Source of the DNA: an uncultured Nitrospiraceae bacterium
GTDB lineage: Bacteria > Nitrospirota > Thermodesulfovibrionia > Thermodesulfovibrionales > Dissulfurispiraceae
NCBI GenBank assembly: GCA_963727805.1
Contig: CAVSHF010000003.1
Span: 2,112,001-2,176,000, forward strand
Length of the DNA: 64,000 nucleotides
Reading direction: 5' to 3'
The notes beneath the pieces were generated by a model. That model was not told the DNA's origin, ran no database searches, and saw only the letters and a program-made list of their open reading frames with translations. Every line of letters begins with the position of its first letter. Within the stretch, counting starts at the first letter, position 1. This document shows, one piece after another, positions 42,230-51,900 of the stretch. A program made the position numbers and the translations under genes.

Positions 42230-42562
42230 TCACATTGATATCTTGTCGATAGCATTATGGGCCTGTATCGCATGGATTAAAGACGCGCCACCGCGAATGG
42301 CGGACGCAACATGCACCGCTTCGGTAATATGATCGAGATTCATCCCCTCTTCAAGACAGCTCTTTGTATATGCATCTATACAGTACGGGCATTGAACCGC
42401 ATGAGCAACGGCCAGCCCGATAAGGACCTTTTCTCTTTTTGAAAGAACGCCAGGCTGAAGCGACGCCCCGTACCACTCCATAAATTTCTTAAAAAGATCC
42501 GGGCGATGCTTGCCTACTTCACCAAATCTGTCCAGATCATTGTCGTTATAGTAATCTCCCAC
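42230..42562 (-). CDS. ArsS-associated peroxidase-like CMD/AhpD-family protein
   Basis: YY...DL..F, REK.LI.LAVAHAVQCPYCIDAY, AIRGGA; GTG 42562 with GGGGAG RBS. Confidence 0.88.
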   Translation of the reverse strand: MGDYYNDNDLDRFGEVGKHRPDLFKKFMEWYGASLQPGVLSKREKVLIGLAVAHAVQCPYCIDAYTKSCLEEGMNLDHITEAVHVASAIRGGASLIHAIQAHNAIDKISM

Positions 42563-42573
42563 GTGTTGCTCCC

Positions 42574-43833
42574 CTATTTCTTTGACTCGACATGGCACTT
42601 ATCACATGTTGTCACGGCAAAGGCATCCTTATCATTATGACAGACACCGCAGAACTTCCCCTCATACATGGGATCCATCGTCATCTTCTTTATGCCTTTC
42701 TTCATAGGCCAGATGGCTGTGTGGCACTTGTTGCACTCAAAGACCTTCGTATGGAATTCGTGACTGAAGACGACTGGAGCCGCGTCCTTCGGTTTATATA
42801 CGATCGGCCCCTTGGGGAAAGGCACCTTTGCATGGCAATTCGAGCAGTTAGTCGTGTAGGCGAACGCCTTCTTGCCGTTGTGACAGGAAAAACAGAGCTT
42901 TCCGGCAGTGTGATCGGTAAATGCGATTTTGACGCCATCTCTTTTCATGGGGAACAGCACCATATGGCATGTATCGCATCCAAAAGCAGCAACATGGACG
43001 AAGTGCTCGTATTTGACTGCGGACTCCCCTGTTCCGAATGCAATCGGACTTTGCGGATACAGGCTTTCTCGATTCCTGTGGCAAGCCAAGCAGTTCTCAT
43101 CGGCCGGTGGATGCAAGTTTTCAGACCGTTTCTGGTCATGGCAATTGAAACAGATTTGCATGTTAGACCGATAGCCGGTGATGCCGCTATGGGTTATTTT
43201 GGCGTGACAGATCACACAATTTATCCCCATGTCGAAATGCTTCCTATGATGGGGATCAACTTTAGCCGTGGGTCTCACCGGCTCGACGGTAATGTCTGGC
43301 AGGCCGCGCTGCTTCCGGAATTCAGGGTTCTTGACGCTGTCTACTAGACGGAAAGTGACGCCCAGAGACATGATTCGACTACTTCTTATCTTTTGATTCA
43401 TAGCATCGGAGTGGCAGAACAGGCAGATGTCATTTTTCACAAGTTGGGAGGCATAAGCTGGATCACTGGCACTCATGAGGACATGCATCTTATGATCGGG
43501 ACCCTTGATAAACTGGCCATAGACGTCATAGAGGCCGCCCATTTTAGCTCGCAAATAACCTACTAAGCCCGGTTCGGCGTGACAGTTGAGGCACGTAACG
43601 CCGGCCCTTGCATGAATCGACTTCGACCATGTATAGACCTCACCCAAAGGTCCCGGTTGGTCAGAGGGATGGCACCTTCTGCAGAACGACGGATCGCTCG
43701 AAAAATGCAGGGCTTCAATGCTTATAAAAATAAAGAACGCGGTGAGTGCAAGTATGATAAGTATCGTAAGCTTCGTATGCTTAACTACAAAGTTTCTAAG
43801 CTTTTCTTCAGACCTTTTGAGCCACTGCCACAT
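42574..43833 (-). CDS. Membrane-anchored 12-heme cytochrome c (NapC/NirT-type N-terminus plus c7-like domains)
   Basis: N-terminal TM helix; 12 CxxCH motifs counted; FSHEFH...C..CH c7-type repeats. Confidence 0.92.
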   Translation of the reverse strand: MWQWLKRSEEKLRNFVVKHTKLTILIILALTAFFIFISIEALHFSSDPSFCRRCHPSDQPGPLGEVYTWSKSIHARAGVTCLNCHAEPGLVGYLRAKMGGLYDVYGQFIKGPDHKMHVLMSASDPAYASQLVKNDICLFCHSDAMNQKIRSSRIMSLGVTFRLVDSVKNPEFRKQRGLPDITVEPVRPTAKVDPHHRKHFDMGINCVICHAKITHSGITGYRSNMQICFNCHDQKRSENLHPPADENCLACHRNRESLYPQSPIAFGTGESAVKYEHFVHVAAFGCDTCHMVLFPMKRDGVKIAFTDHTAGKLCFSCHNGKKAFAYTTNCSNCHAKVPFPKGPIVYKPKDAAPVVFSHEFHTKVFECNKCHTAIWPMKKGIKKMTMDPMYEGKFCGVCHNDKDAFAVTTCDKCHVESKK

Positions 43834-44388
43834 AATCCCTCCAGTATGATCAAATCTTAATTATGGCCGCCGCGCCGGCTAGCCTTGCGAATATTTTTAC
43901 AATACCAGTAATAATACCAATTTTCGCTCAACTTTGCAGCAGAAAAAGCCTGAGATTCTCTAGGCCTTCAAACCTATGTACGCTTACATGGTCAGTATAT
44001 AAGGTTTCATAGTTTATGAGTCCCTCTGACACGCCGTCAAATTATATTTCCTTATAATTCAATTTAAATGAGTTGATAGCAGTTAACATATTCTTCCTTG
44101 TCGATGCTATCCCAGCAAGCCGATACGTCCGGGGAACATGATATTTATTTATATGGGCCTGCTCGAACAGTACTCGGATATCATCTCCTACCACCCATGG
44201 CAATATTCAGACATAGAATGGCTCTCGAGCAAAACGCCGAGGCCATGAGGCCATATCGATTATCTGTCAGCACCAGGCATCAGATATCGTCGAGCTATAG
44301 ATCCACTACTTTCGTGCAGGGCCTGCACCGGCGCTTCCGTGGTGGCAATTCCCTGATTCGGCCTGCTATAGTATCTAATAAATTCATT

Positions 44389-45156
44389 ATGGATTTCCTG
44401 GCAATAGCACTACAATCCGGCAGTTGTGGTAACTGCATTTACATTGAAACTGCAGGCACTCGGCTTCTCTTTGACGCAGGCTTGAGCTGCATCGAATCAG
44501 AGCGACGGCTTGCTGCCCATGGTAGGGACATCAGGAACGTAGATGCCATCCTCATTTCCCACGATCATTACGATCATGTCCGGCATGCGGGGGCACTTCA
44601 GCGTAAATACGGCCTCCCTCTTTATATCACCCGTGACACCCTCGATGTCTCCCTTGCGAAGCACCGGCTCGGACGTATGGGAGATATCAGCCATTTCAAC
44701 GCCGGTGACCCGATTAGAATCGGAGAAATCATCATACGGACGATTCCGACGCCCCATGACGGAGTCGACGGCGTCATCTTTGTCGTTGAAAGCGGTGCTA
44801 AGCGGCTCGGAATCATGACTGATCTTGGGCATGTTTTTAACGGCCTGCGGCGTGAGATTTCCAGCCTCGATGCGGTCTTTATAGAGAGCAACTATGATCC
44901 CGAGATGCTGTCGAAGGGACCGTACCCCTCTTTTTTGAAGCGCCGCATCCAGGGGCCGGGCGGACACATCTCGAATTTCGAGGCAGCTGAACTGCTCCTA
45001 TCGGGAGAGCGACTGAAATGGGCATGCCTTTCGCATCTTTCACAACATAACAACTATCCTGATCTGGCACTCAAAACACACCGCTCTGTCCTCGCGGATT
45101 CACTTACCCTTCATCTGGCCAGCCGCACCCATCCGACCGATATACTCACCGTATAA
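44389..45156 (+). CDS. MBL-fold metallo-hydrolase (YycJ/WalJ-like)
   Basis: SGS.GN, SHDHYDH, TDLG, ESNYD, GHISN, HLS..NN; likely start ATG 44389. Confidence 0.9.
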   Translation: MDFLAIALQSGSCGNCIYIETAGTRLLFDAGLSCIESERRLAAHGRDIRNVDAILISHDHYDHVRHAGALQRKYGLPLYITRDTLDVSLAKHRLGRMGDISHFNAGDPIRIGEIIIRTIPTPHDGVDGVIFVVESGAKRLGIMTDLGHVFNGLRREISSLDAVFIESNYDPEMLSKGPYPSFLKRRIQGPGGHISNFEAAELLLSGERLKWACLSHLSQHNNYPDLALKTHRSVLADSLTLHLASRTHPTDILTV

Positions 45157-46470
45157 ATGGAACAACTTTCTATGCTTAAACCAGCCTTGACCCTATTCGA
45201 GCTCAACTCGCTCATTAGGTCCGCACTCGGCAACACTTTCCCCGACCTGTACTGGGTGGTTGCAGAGATTGCCGAGAGCAAATGCAATCAGAAGGGCCAC
45301 TGTTATCTCGATCTTATCGAGAAAGAGGACCATAAGACTATCGCACAGATCAGGGCCACGATATGGTCCTACGAATATCGCACATTGAGCCGGAAGTTCG
45401 AGGCCGCCGCAAAAGCACCGTTAATGCAGGGCATGAAAGTGCTGCTACTGGTTGCTGTGACTTTCCATGAAGTCTACGGATTAAGTCTCAATGTGAAAGA
45501 TATCGACCCCGCTTATACAATGGGGGAAATGGCCCTCCGGCGGAGAGAGATCATTGAGCTGCTTAAAAAAGAAGGCATCATGGACATGAATAAGGAATTG
45601 ACCTTGCCGCTTGTACCTCAAAGAGTGGCCGTCATATCATCGCCCACAGCGGCAGGCTACGGAGATTTCCTAGACCAGTTAAAGATGAATTCCTACGGAT
45701 TCCAATTCGCGCATGCCCTCTTCCCGGCGCACATGCAAGGGGAAGAGGCCGAGAAATCAATGATTGCAGCATTTAATATGATAGAGAAAATGAGAGAACG
45801 TTTTGATGTTGTTGTGATAATCAGGGGCGGCGGCTCAGTAGCCGACCTGAGCTGTTTCGACAGTTATGCTCTCGCTGCCCGGATCGCCTTATTTCCTTTG
45901 CCAGTCATCACTGGCATCGGCCATGAAAAAGACGATACTGTTGCCGACATGGTAGCTCACACAAAGATGAAGACCCCGACTGCCGTCGCCGAGTTTCTGA
46001 TATCCGGCATAAGGAGCTTTGAAGAAAAGATCATCAGCATCGAAAACAGGCTTCATCTTTATGCAGAACGGCTTTTGAACGATGCCGCCTATACCCTCAA
46101 TTCTCTGGCTCAAAGGCTCTGCCTCGTACCATCACATATCACGACCGCGCCGCAGAACCATCTTAACGCTCTTGAAAAAAATATCAGAGGATCTCTCAGG
46201 CAATACCTGCAGCACAAAGAAAACAAACTCTCTGTAATGGAACAAGCCGTGCGGCTTCTTGACCCCATCAATGTGCTCAGGAGGGGCTATAGTATAACCA
46301 GACACAACGGCCATGCTCTCAGGGACACAACGGCCATTTGTAAGGGAGATGAGATCGAGAGCAGGCTTTACAAGGGAAGCATTGTTGGTATCGCTAAACA
46401 TATTACACCGAACAATGAAGAGGGGCGCGGCAAGGCATCTGACCCATTAGCAGACACTGACGGTGCTTGA
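45157..46470 (+). CDS. xseA: Exodeoxyribonuclease VII large subunit
   Basis: GHCYLDL OB-fold, IRGGGS..DL, TGIGHE.D, TPTAVAE, VLRRGYSI. Confidence 0.95.
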   Translation: MEQLSMLKPALTLFELNSLIRSALGNTFPDLYWVVAEIAESKCNQKGHCYLDLIEKEDHKTIAQIRATIWSYEYRTLSRKFEAAAKAPLMQGMKVLLLVAVTFHEVYGLSLNVKDIDPAYTMGEMALRRREIIELLKKEGIMDMNKELTLPLVPQRVAVISSPTAAGYGDFLDQLKMNSYGFQFAHALFPAHMQGEEAEKSMIAAFNMIEKMRERFDVVVIIRGGGSVADLSCFDSYALAARIALFPLPVITGIGHEKDDTVADMVAHTKMKTPTAVAEFLISGIRSFEEKIISIENRLHLYAERLLNDAAYTLNSLAQRLCLVPSHITTAPQNHLNALEKNIRGSLRQYLQHKENKLSVMEQAVRLLDPINVLRRGYSITRHNGHALRDTTAICKGDEIESRLYKGSIVGIAKHITPNNEEGRGKASDPLADTDGA

Positions 46471-46529
46471 ATAAATGAGTGACGAACGCTAAGTGTTAAC
46501 CCTGCCGATATTCACCATCTATATCTCAC

Positions 46530-47792
46530 TTAATGGAATTCTTCAGGATTGCGATTGAAAACAGGGAGTATCCTGCTGAATATCCCGAACAGGAAGAAGG
46601 GAGTTACCGCCACCAGGAGTGCGCCTCCAAGTCCTTCCTTGAATGTCTCCCAATCATGCGGAATTATCGGCAGATGATAGTGCATATAGCCGGCGAAGGT
46701 AAGGGAGAATGACTGTCCTCCAATGACGACATTCCACCGCATCATGAAGACGCCGAACAGAACGAGTATAACACCGACTGCGGCCCTCCTTATTGTTAGC
46801 CGTGGCAACAAAAAAAGAATGAATGGCAGCAGATTTCCGACTCCATATTGAAGGATGAAGATGTCGGCGAAGTCCTTACCGTAGATTACGCTTCGCAGGA
46901 TATCCCATGTTTTCACTGCCGTATAGCCCCTGAATATGAGGTCCAGAAGTTCAAGGCTTATGGCGAAGATGAGAAAGAACAGAAGATATCGTGCGGTTAT
47001 CCGTATCTCGTTTAATTCCAAGCCCTTTATCACTTCCCTGGCTGCGAGATGATCAGATCCCAACTCTTGAGGGCCGGCCCGGAACTTTTTTATCTCCATG
47101 ATAACTATATAGGTGAGCATGCATAGCGCGATTCCCGATACAACAGCGGACATGATGAAAATGACCGGCATGAGCGGTGTCATCCAAAGCGCGTTTGCCT
47201 TGACCGAGCCAAAGATAAAGCCGGCATATCCGTGGAGAAAACAGGCGACGGGGATTCCAATGCCGGCTAGGATTTTAACGGCCTTCTCGTCCTTGTGAAG
47301 GGCCTCCTCGCTCACATCCCATGCTCCAAGCGTCAAAGCTGAGAAAAAAAGATGTTTAATTTTGTTCAGAAGACTTCCGTCTATCTTTTTTCGCAGGGAA
47401 AGCGCAGTATCGACAAAGTGCTTTCTATAGACAAACCATAATTCCGATGCAACGATGGCGCCGTAGGTCGAAAAAACAATGCCAAATGCTGCTATTGCCG
47501 ATGTGAAATGCGGCGTCATCAAAACTTCGATGCCTCTCTGCGGTTGCTGCAAATGCAGCATAAGGGGCATCATGGCCACAGGAAGTAAGGCAAAGGAAAA
47601 GACAAGAGAAAAACGGGCCATGTTCTTCAGTTGTTTTATGCCGAAGACATGGTAAAGAGATGACAATACGAAGGCGCCTGCGACAAGCCCAGTCATAAAG
47701 GGGTACATGACGATCTGTATGCTCCAATAAATGTATTCATTCGGAAGAACGAAAAGCTCTTTTACCGTCCAAAGCTCGCCGTGAACAACCAT
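46530..47792 (-). CDS. NrfD/PsrC family membrane subunit (Geobacter CbcU-like)
   Basis: W...IV.YPF.TGLVAGAF, LHL.QP.R, MRWNVVIGGQ. Confidence 0.9.
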   Translation of the reverse strand: MVVHGELWTVKELFVLPNEYIYWSIQIVMYPFMTGLVAGAFVLSSLYHVFGIKQLKNMARFSLVFSFALLPVAMMPLMLHLQQPQRGIEVLMTPHFTSAIAAFGIVFSTYGAIVASELWFVYRKHFVDTALSLRKKIDGSLLNKIKHLFFSALTLGAWDVSEEALHKDEKAVKILAGIGIPVACFLHGYAGFIFGSVKANALWMTPLMPVIFIMSAVVSGIALCMLTYIVIMEIKKFRAGPQELGSDHLAAREVIKGLELNEIRITARYLLFFLIFAISLELLDLIFRGYTAVKTWDILRSVIYGKDFADIFILQYGVGNLLPFILFLLPRLTIRRAAVGVILVLFGVFMMRWNVVIGGQSFSLTFAGYMHYHLPIIPHDWETFKEGLGGALLVAVTPFFLFGIFSRILPVFNRNPEEFH

Positions 47793-47794
47793 GG

Positions 47795-48580
47795 CTATCT
47801 CACCTCCTCATCCAGGCCTATATAATAAGCCTGGGGCTTGGTTCCATATTCGCTCTTCAGTACACTGACTCTTTCTGTCATGATGATCTTTGTGATGGGG
47901 TCATTGGGGTCTTTGATGTTGGCGATCATCCTGGCCCCGAAAGGACACGCGTCGACACATGCTGGCTTCAGGCCCTGATTTATCCTGTGATAACAGAAAT
48001 TGCATTTTTCAGCGACTTGATAGACGGGATGAAAAAATCTCACACCATAGGGACATGCCATTATGCAATACCCGCAACCGATGCACCAGCTTCGGTCTAC
48101 AAGAACCACCCCTTCCTTAGTCTGGTAGGTGGCCCCCACAGGGCATACCTGCACACAAGGCGGGTTCTCGCACTGGTTGCAGAGTTTGGGGACAAAGAAG
48201 GCTTTATCTATATCTTCACTATTTATTTCCTGATATTTCCCTTGTCCAAGATCGATTTTCCCCGAAATAAATCCGTCTCTGGCACCGTTTGGCGTGTCAG
48301 CGAAGACCATCCCGTCTTTACGGCGTACATATCTTTCCACCCAGGTCCTTGTCACATGGGCGTCATAAGGTATTTCGTTTTCGGTCTTGCACGCCTTCAC
48401 GCATAAGCCGCATCCCACACAATTGTATGTGTTGATCAGAAATGCCCATCTCACCGGAGCCTTTTCACTTTTTGCCGCAAAGAGCTTCAGGGGACTGACT
48501 ATTCCAACGGCTGCGAGCGGAAGCGTCAACCCCGCCAACCCTGTTGCCGCTTTCTTCAGAAAATCTCTCCTCGATATCAT
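47795..48580 (-). CDS. Tat-exported 4x[4Fe-4S] NrfC/DmsB-like protein (CbcT-like)
   Basis: SRRDFLK Tat motif; CVGCGLC..AC, CNQC.NPPCV.VCP, CIGCGYC..ACP, KC.FC...PAC. Confidence 0.93.
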   Translation of the reverse strand: MISRRDFLKKAATGLAGLTLPLAAVGIVSPLKLFAAKSEKAPVRWAFLINTYNCVGCGLCVKACKTENEIPYDAHVTRTWVERYVRRKDGMVFADTPNGARDGFISGKIDLGQGKYQEINSEDIDKAFFVPKLCNQCENPPCVQVCPVGATYQTKEGVVLVDRSWCIGCGYCIMACPYGVRFFHPVYQVAEKCNFCYHRINQGLKPACVDACPFGARMIANIKDPNDPITKIIMTERVSVLKSEYGTKPQAYYIGLDEEVR

Positions 48581-49050
48581 TTCATTGCCTCCAGGTTGGG
48601 CATATGAGGATTATGACAGGCCGAACATTCGACACCGGGGTTGTGTTTTTCGGGGTCCACCCCTCTGATACGTGCCCTGCCGCTTGTGGGATAGGCAAGG
48701 GGGAAATGGCATCTGAGGCACAATTCCCGCTTCTTGTCGATCGTCAATTTTTCGGGATTGGTAGGATGATCCAGGACAGGACCATGGCAGTTTTCACAGT
48801 AGATAATCGCATGCGGTGTCTGCATTATCGAATATTTGTCACTGTGGCAATCCTTACAGTATTCCCCGTTGAATCGATATTTCACCTTGAACGCCTTCCA
48901 GTCGTCCTCGTTACTCTGTCGATGGAAGCTATACATATAGCCCCTCTCATAGACGCCGAAGTCTTTCGGCACAACAAATGTTCGTGCGATCAGAATAATC
49001 ACGATCACCCCTATTACAACAAAAAGCGGCCGCCATATGTGGCTTTTCAT
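48577..49050 (-). CDS. Membrane-anchored tetraheme cytochrome c (CbcS-like)
   Basis: TM helix; CKDCH, CENCH, CLRCH, CSACH; ATG 49050 after GAGGGG. Confidence 0.9.
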   Translation of the reverse strand: MKSHIWRPLFVVIGVIVIILIARTFVVPKDFGVYERGYMYSFHRQSNEDDWKAFKVKYRFNGEYCKDCHSDKYSIMQTPHAIIYCENCHGPVLDHPTNPEKLTIDKKRELCLRCHFPLAYPTSGRARIRGVDPEKHNPGVECSACHNPHMPNLEAMK

Positions 49051-49340
49051 TGATATCCCCTCATCGACCCCAATATAATCATATGTATATACTATCAAAA
49101 ATATTTGCAGAATTCTAGAGTGCTTTAATACTTCAGCAGTTTAATCCAAACTCGAATATCCACACGACTGGTCATCTGCCGATACACCGCCTCCCCGCTC
49201 TATGCTCAGCAAAGGGTACAGCATCATACTAATTCAGGAAAAAAGGAAAGGTTGGGAACTCCTTTTAAACCGTGATATAATCGAAAGTAGACTGTTCACT
49301 GGAATTGTCAGGAGCGCAGTTGATAAAAACAGGAGGGACA

Positions 49341-49589
49341 ATGGCCAGGAATAAAGAGCTTACCTATAGTCAGGCCCTTGCCGAGCTTGAGGATATCATA
49401 AGCAGCATAGAGTCCGAGGAGGTCGATGTCGATTCCCTAGCCGAAAAAGTAAAAAGGGCAGCGGTCCTTATCAGGTTCTGCAGGGAGAAACTTAAAGGCA
49501 CCGGGGAGGATGTAAAAAAAGTCCTCTCGGAAATGGATATGAAAGCTGCCCCGTTGAATTCAGTCGATAGCGACCTCGGGCTGCTCTAG
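49341..49589 (+). CDS. xseB: Exodeoxyribonuclease VII small subunit
   Basis: Y.QAL.ELE.I...IES.E.DVD.L...VKRA..LI.FC..KL; AGGAGG RBS. Confidence 0.93.
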   Translation: MARNKELTYSQALAELEDIISSIESEEVDVDSLAEKVKRAAVLIRFCREKLKGTGEDVKKVLSEMDMKAAPLNSVDSDLGLL

Positions 49590-49603
49590 GCGTTGCTGGT
49601 ACC

Positions 49604-50020
49604 ATGACAGAATCAAGGGAATTCTTTAGAGTTGATGCGCTCGTTCCGATGTTTGTGCGGGCCCTAACCAAGGATGAGGGGAAACGCTGTTCTTGCCATC
49701 TGAGTGAGAAGGGATTTGATAAGACACTTAAAAAGACCCTTATCCGTAAGATCAACATAAGCGGAGCCGGCATCTGCTTTGAAAACGATATGCCGTTCAC
49801 TTCGGGGGATATCCTTGAGATGAGGTTGATGCTTGAAGATGCTTACGACGGCATCATTGGCCTATGCGTGAAGGTGTTACGGGTCGAGAAGCTCTCCAGG
49901 AATTACCGCATTGCAGTCAACTATGTTGACATGAGTGAAAACATCAGGGAACTCATCGTAGCATTCGTCTTCAAGCGTGAGCGAACACTGATACAGGAGA
50001 AACGGGTTGGCTGGTTGTAG
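49604..50020 (+). CDS. PilZ domain protein
   Basis: R...R (REFFR) and NISGAG motifs. Confidence 0.85.
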   Translation: MTESREFFRVDALVPMFVRALTKDEGKRCSCHLSEKGFDKTLKKTLIRKINISGAGICFENDMPFTSGDILEMRLMLEDAYDGIIGLCVKVLRVEKLSRNYRIAVNYVDMSENIRELIVAFVFKRERTLIQEKRVGWL

Positions 50021-50032
50021 TCCGGAGCGAGT

Positions 50033-50574
50033 ATGAATAAAAATCTCTTCCCTTTACTGCTGCTTGTATTCGCCGTCGCCATTTTGCTTAATGCAACCTC
50101 CTGCACCCCAACCGCTTCGCTGAGAACGGCCTCTGCAAATCCGGCAGAACTGCGCGGAACCTATCCCGTCTTCCTTTAGGGGGCCCGCCACAGCAACGAT
50201 AGAGAAACAGTCGCCATCCTTGCAAAAGAGAAGTTCTCTTACACGGTTGAGATCTATTCACCCCATTCCAATTATAAGACCATCAAGGGAATGCCCGCCG
50301 ACCAGGCATACGAGAGGGCTGCTGAGTTTGTCAGCTTCCACATGCTTTTGATTACACTGTCATGAGAAGGATCCTTGATGAAAATGGGTCTGTTATCGGA
50401 TATGAAGTGAGGCCCTACTAGAATCATCTTGAATTCGGTCATCCTGATGTCCTCGATGTATCGTACACCCCTGCAGACGGAAAGGTGATAGTCAGGATCC
50501 ACCGGATACCCGCTGTCGAACAATATCTCAGGAACAGGGATAGACGGACTCCTTTTCTCTTCAGGATGAGCTAG
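50033..50574 (+). pseudogene. Lipoprotein pseudogene
   Basis: Own translation: lipobox-like signal (..NATSC), then two in-frame TAG stops and one frameshift near 50340 within an otherwise continuous protein. Confidence 0.65.
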
Positions 50575-50721
50575 ACTGATTGCCCCCTACGACTGCTCGC
50601 CAATGACCACAGAGAGGTCCGTTCATCTCCGATAGTAGTTCTATAGTGAAAACTAATCTGCAATGCAGACATTTCGTGAAAAGTGATTAGAATATAAAAA
50701 AGTGTCATCGAGGCATACTTA

Positions 50722-51594
50722 ATGGACTTGATTGTAAAAGCCATAGCCAGAACAGGGCCTATCGCTGTAACGGTCCTCGTGAATACTTCAACAGTCGAGA
50801 AGGCGCGAACCCTGCATGATACGTATCCGACGGCAACAGCAGCACTTGGCCGGACCATGACGGGAGTTATGCTCATAGCATCGCTCCTCAAGGAAGGTCA
50901 GAAAATTTCCATGCAGATCGTGGGAGATGGCCCCCTCAAAGAAGTCTTTGCCGAAGCAGACTGGCTTAGTAGAGTGCGGGGATACGTAAGAAAGCCCCAC
51001 GTCTTCATGGGCCTAATCGGAGAGAGCCTCGATGTAGGCAGGGCTATAGGTCCAGGGTATCTCCATGTGATAAAGGACCTCGGTCTCAGGGAGTCTTATC
51101 ACAGCAGCATTCCTCTTCAAACAGGCGAAATAGCATCTGACATCGCTTATTACCTGAGTGTTTCGGAACAGTTTCCGGCGGCTATCTCACTCGGTGTTTA
51201 TGTCGATACCGATAATTCAGTCAAGGCGAGCGGCGGCTTCCTTGTCCATACCATGCCGAGTGCAGACGATTTGCTCGTCACCTACATGGAAGACAGGATT
51301 AGCACAACACCCACCGTAAGCTCGATGGTCCTTGATGGAAGGACACCCGGAGAGATCATACACGAGATCCTCGGCATGCCCTTCGACATCATTGACCAAA
51401 GAGACGTATCTTATTACTGCCCCTGTAGCAAGGAGCGAGTCCTGCGGGCCCTCATCACCCTCGGCCAACAGGACCTACGCGAGATGATAGCTCAAGAAGA
51501 ACCCCTTGCTATACAATGTCATTTCTGCAAGACCGATTATTCAGTGACACCATTGGAACTTGAGGATTTGATACGGGAGATGCAGGCTGGATAA
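50722..51594 (+). CDS. hslO: Hsp33 redox-regulated chaperone
   Basis: AALGR, GDGPL, GEIA.D..YY...SEQ, C.C...C..C zinc motif. Confidence 0.95.
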   Translation: MDLIVKAIARTGPIAVTVLVNTSTVEKARTLHDTYPTATAALGRTMTGVMLIASLLKEGQKISMQIVGDGPLKEVFAEADWLSRVRGYVRKPHVFMGLIGESLDVGRAIGPGYLHVIKDLGLRESYHSSIPLQTGEIASDIAYYLSVSEQFPAAISLGVYVDTDNSVKASGGFLVHTMPSADDLLVTYMEDRISTTPTVSSMVLDGRTPGEIIHEILGMPFDIIDQRDVSYYCPCSKERVLRALITLGQQDLREMIAQEEPLAIQCHFCKTDYSVTPLELEDLIREMQAG

Positions 51595-51620
51595 TATGCC
51601 CGTCCTACAAGTTCCAAATT

Positions 51621-51726
51621 TCATTTGATCTGACCCCTCATCTCCCCGTCGGGATATTTTTCAGTATGGATATTAATATAATAGTCTCCGTTCGTAAGCT
51701 GCTGGTACAATTCCCAAACTGTTTTA
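51621..51726 (-). pseudogene. CHRD-domain gene, 3' part (separated by IS607)
   Basis: Own translation KTVWELYQQLTNGDYYINIHTEKYPDGEMRGQIK* carries the CHRD Y.N.HT..YP.GE.RGQ motif. Confidence 0.9.
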
Positions 51727-51900
51727 CCGTTCCTAAAAGCATGTGATTTTATATAGTGCCTTAAAAAGGCTTTAATATAGTGATACACTCACATTCGCCA
51801 GCCGAACAGTGTTACTGACTTCCGCCAGATGGTTTCCCTCTGGAACCCGGCGAACCATCCGTAGCGGGTGTAGGCCCTGCCGCTGTGGATAGAGGTACTC
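51727..51900 (-). ncRNA. Putative omegaRNA/reRNA scaffold of TnpB
   Basis: Position overlapping the tnpB 3' end up to the right end; hairpins GATGGTT...AACCATC and GCGG...CCGC; 5' boundary uncertain. Confidence 0.55.

Noticed and set aside
44098..44388. 97-aa N-terminal extension of the MBL hydrolase
   Set aside because: Family similarity starts at Met 44389 and the extension uses a TTG start with no motif.
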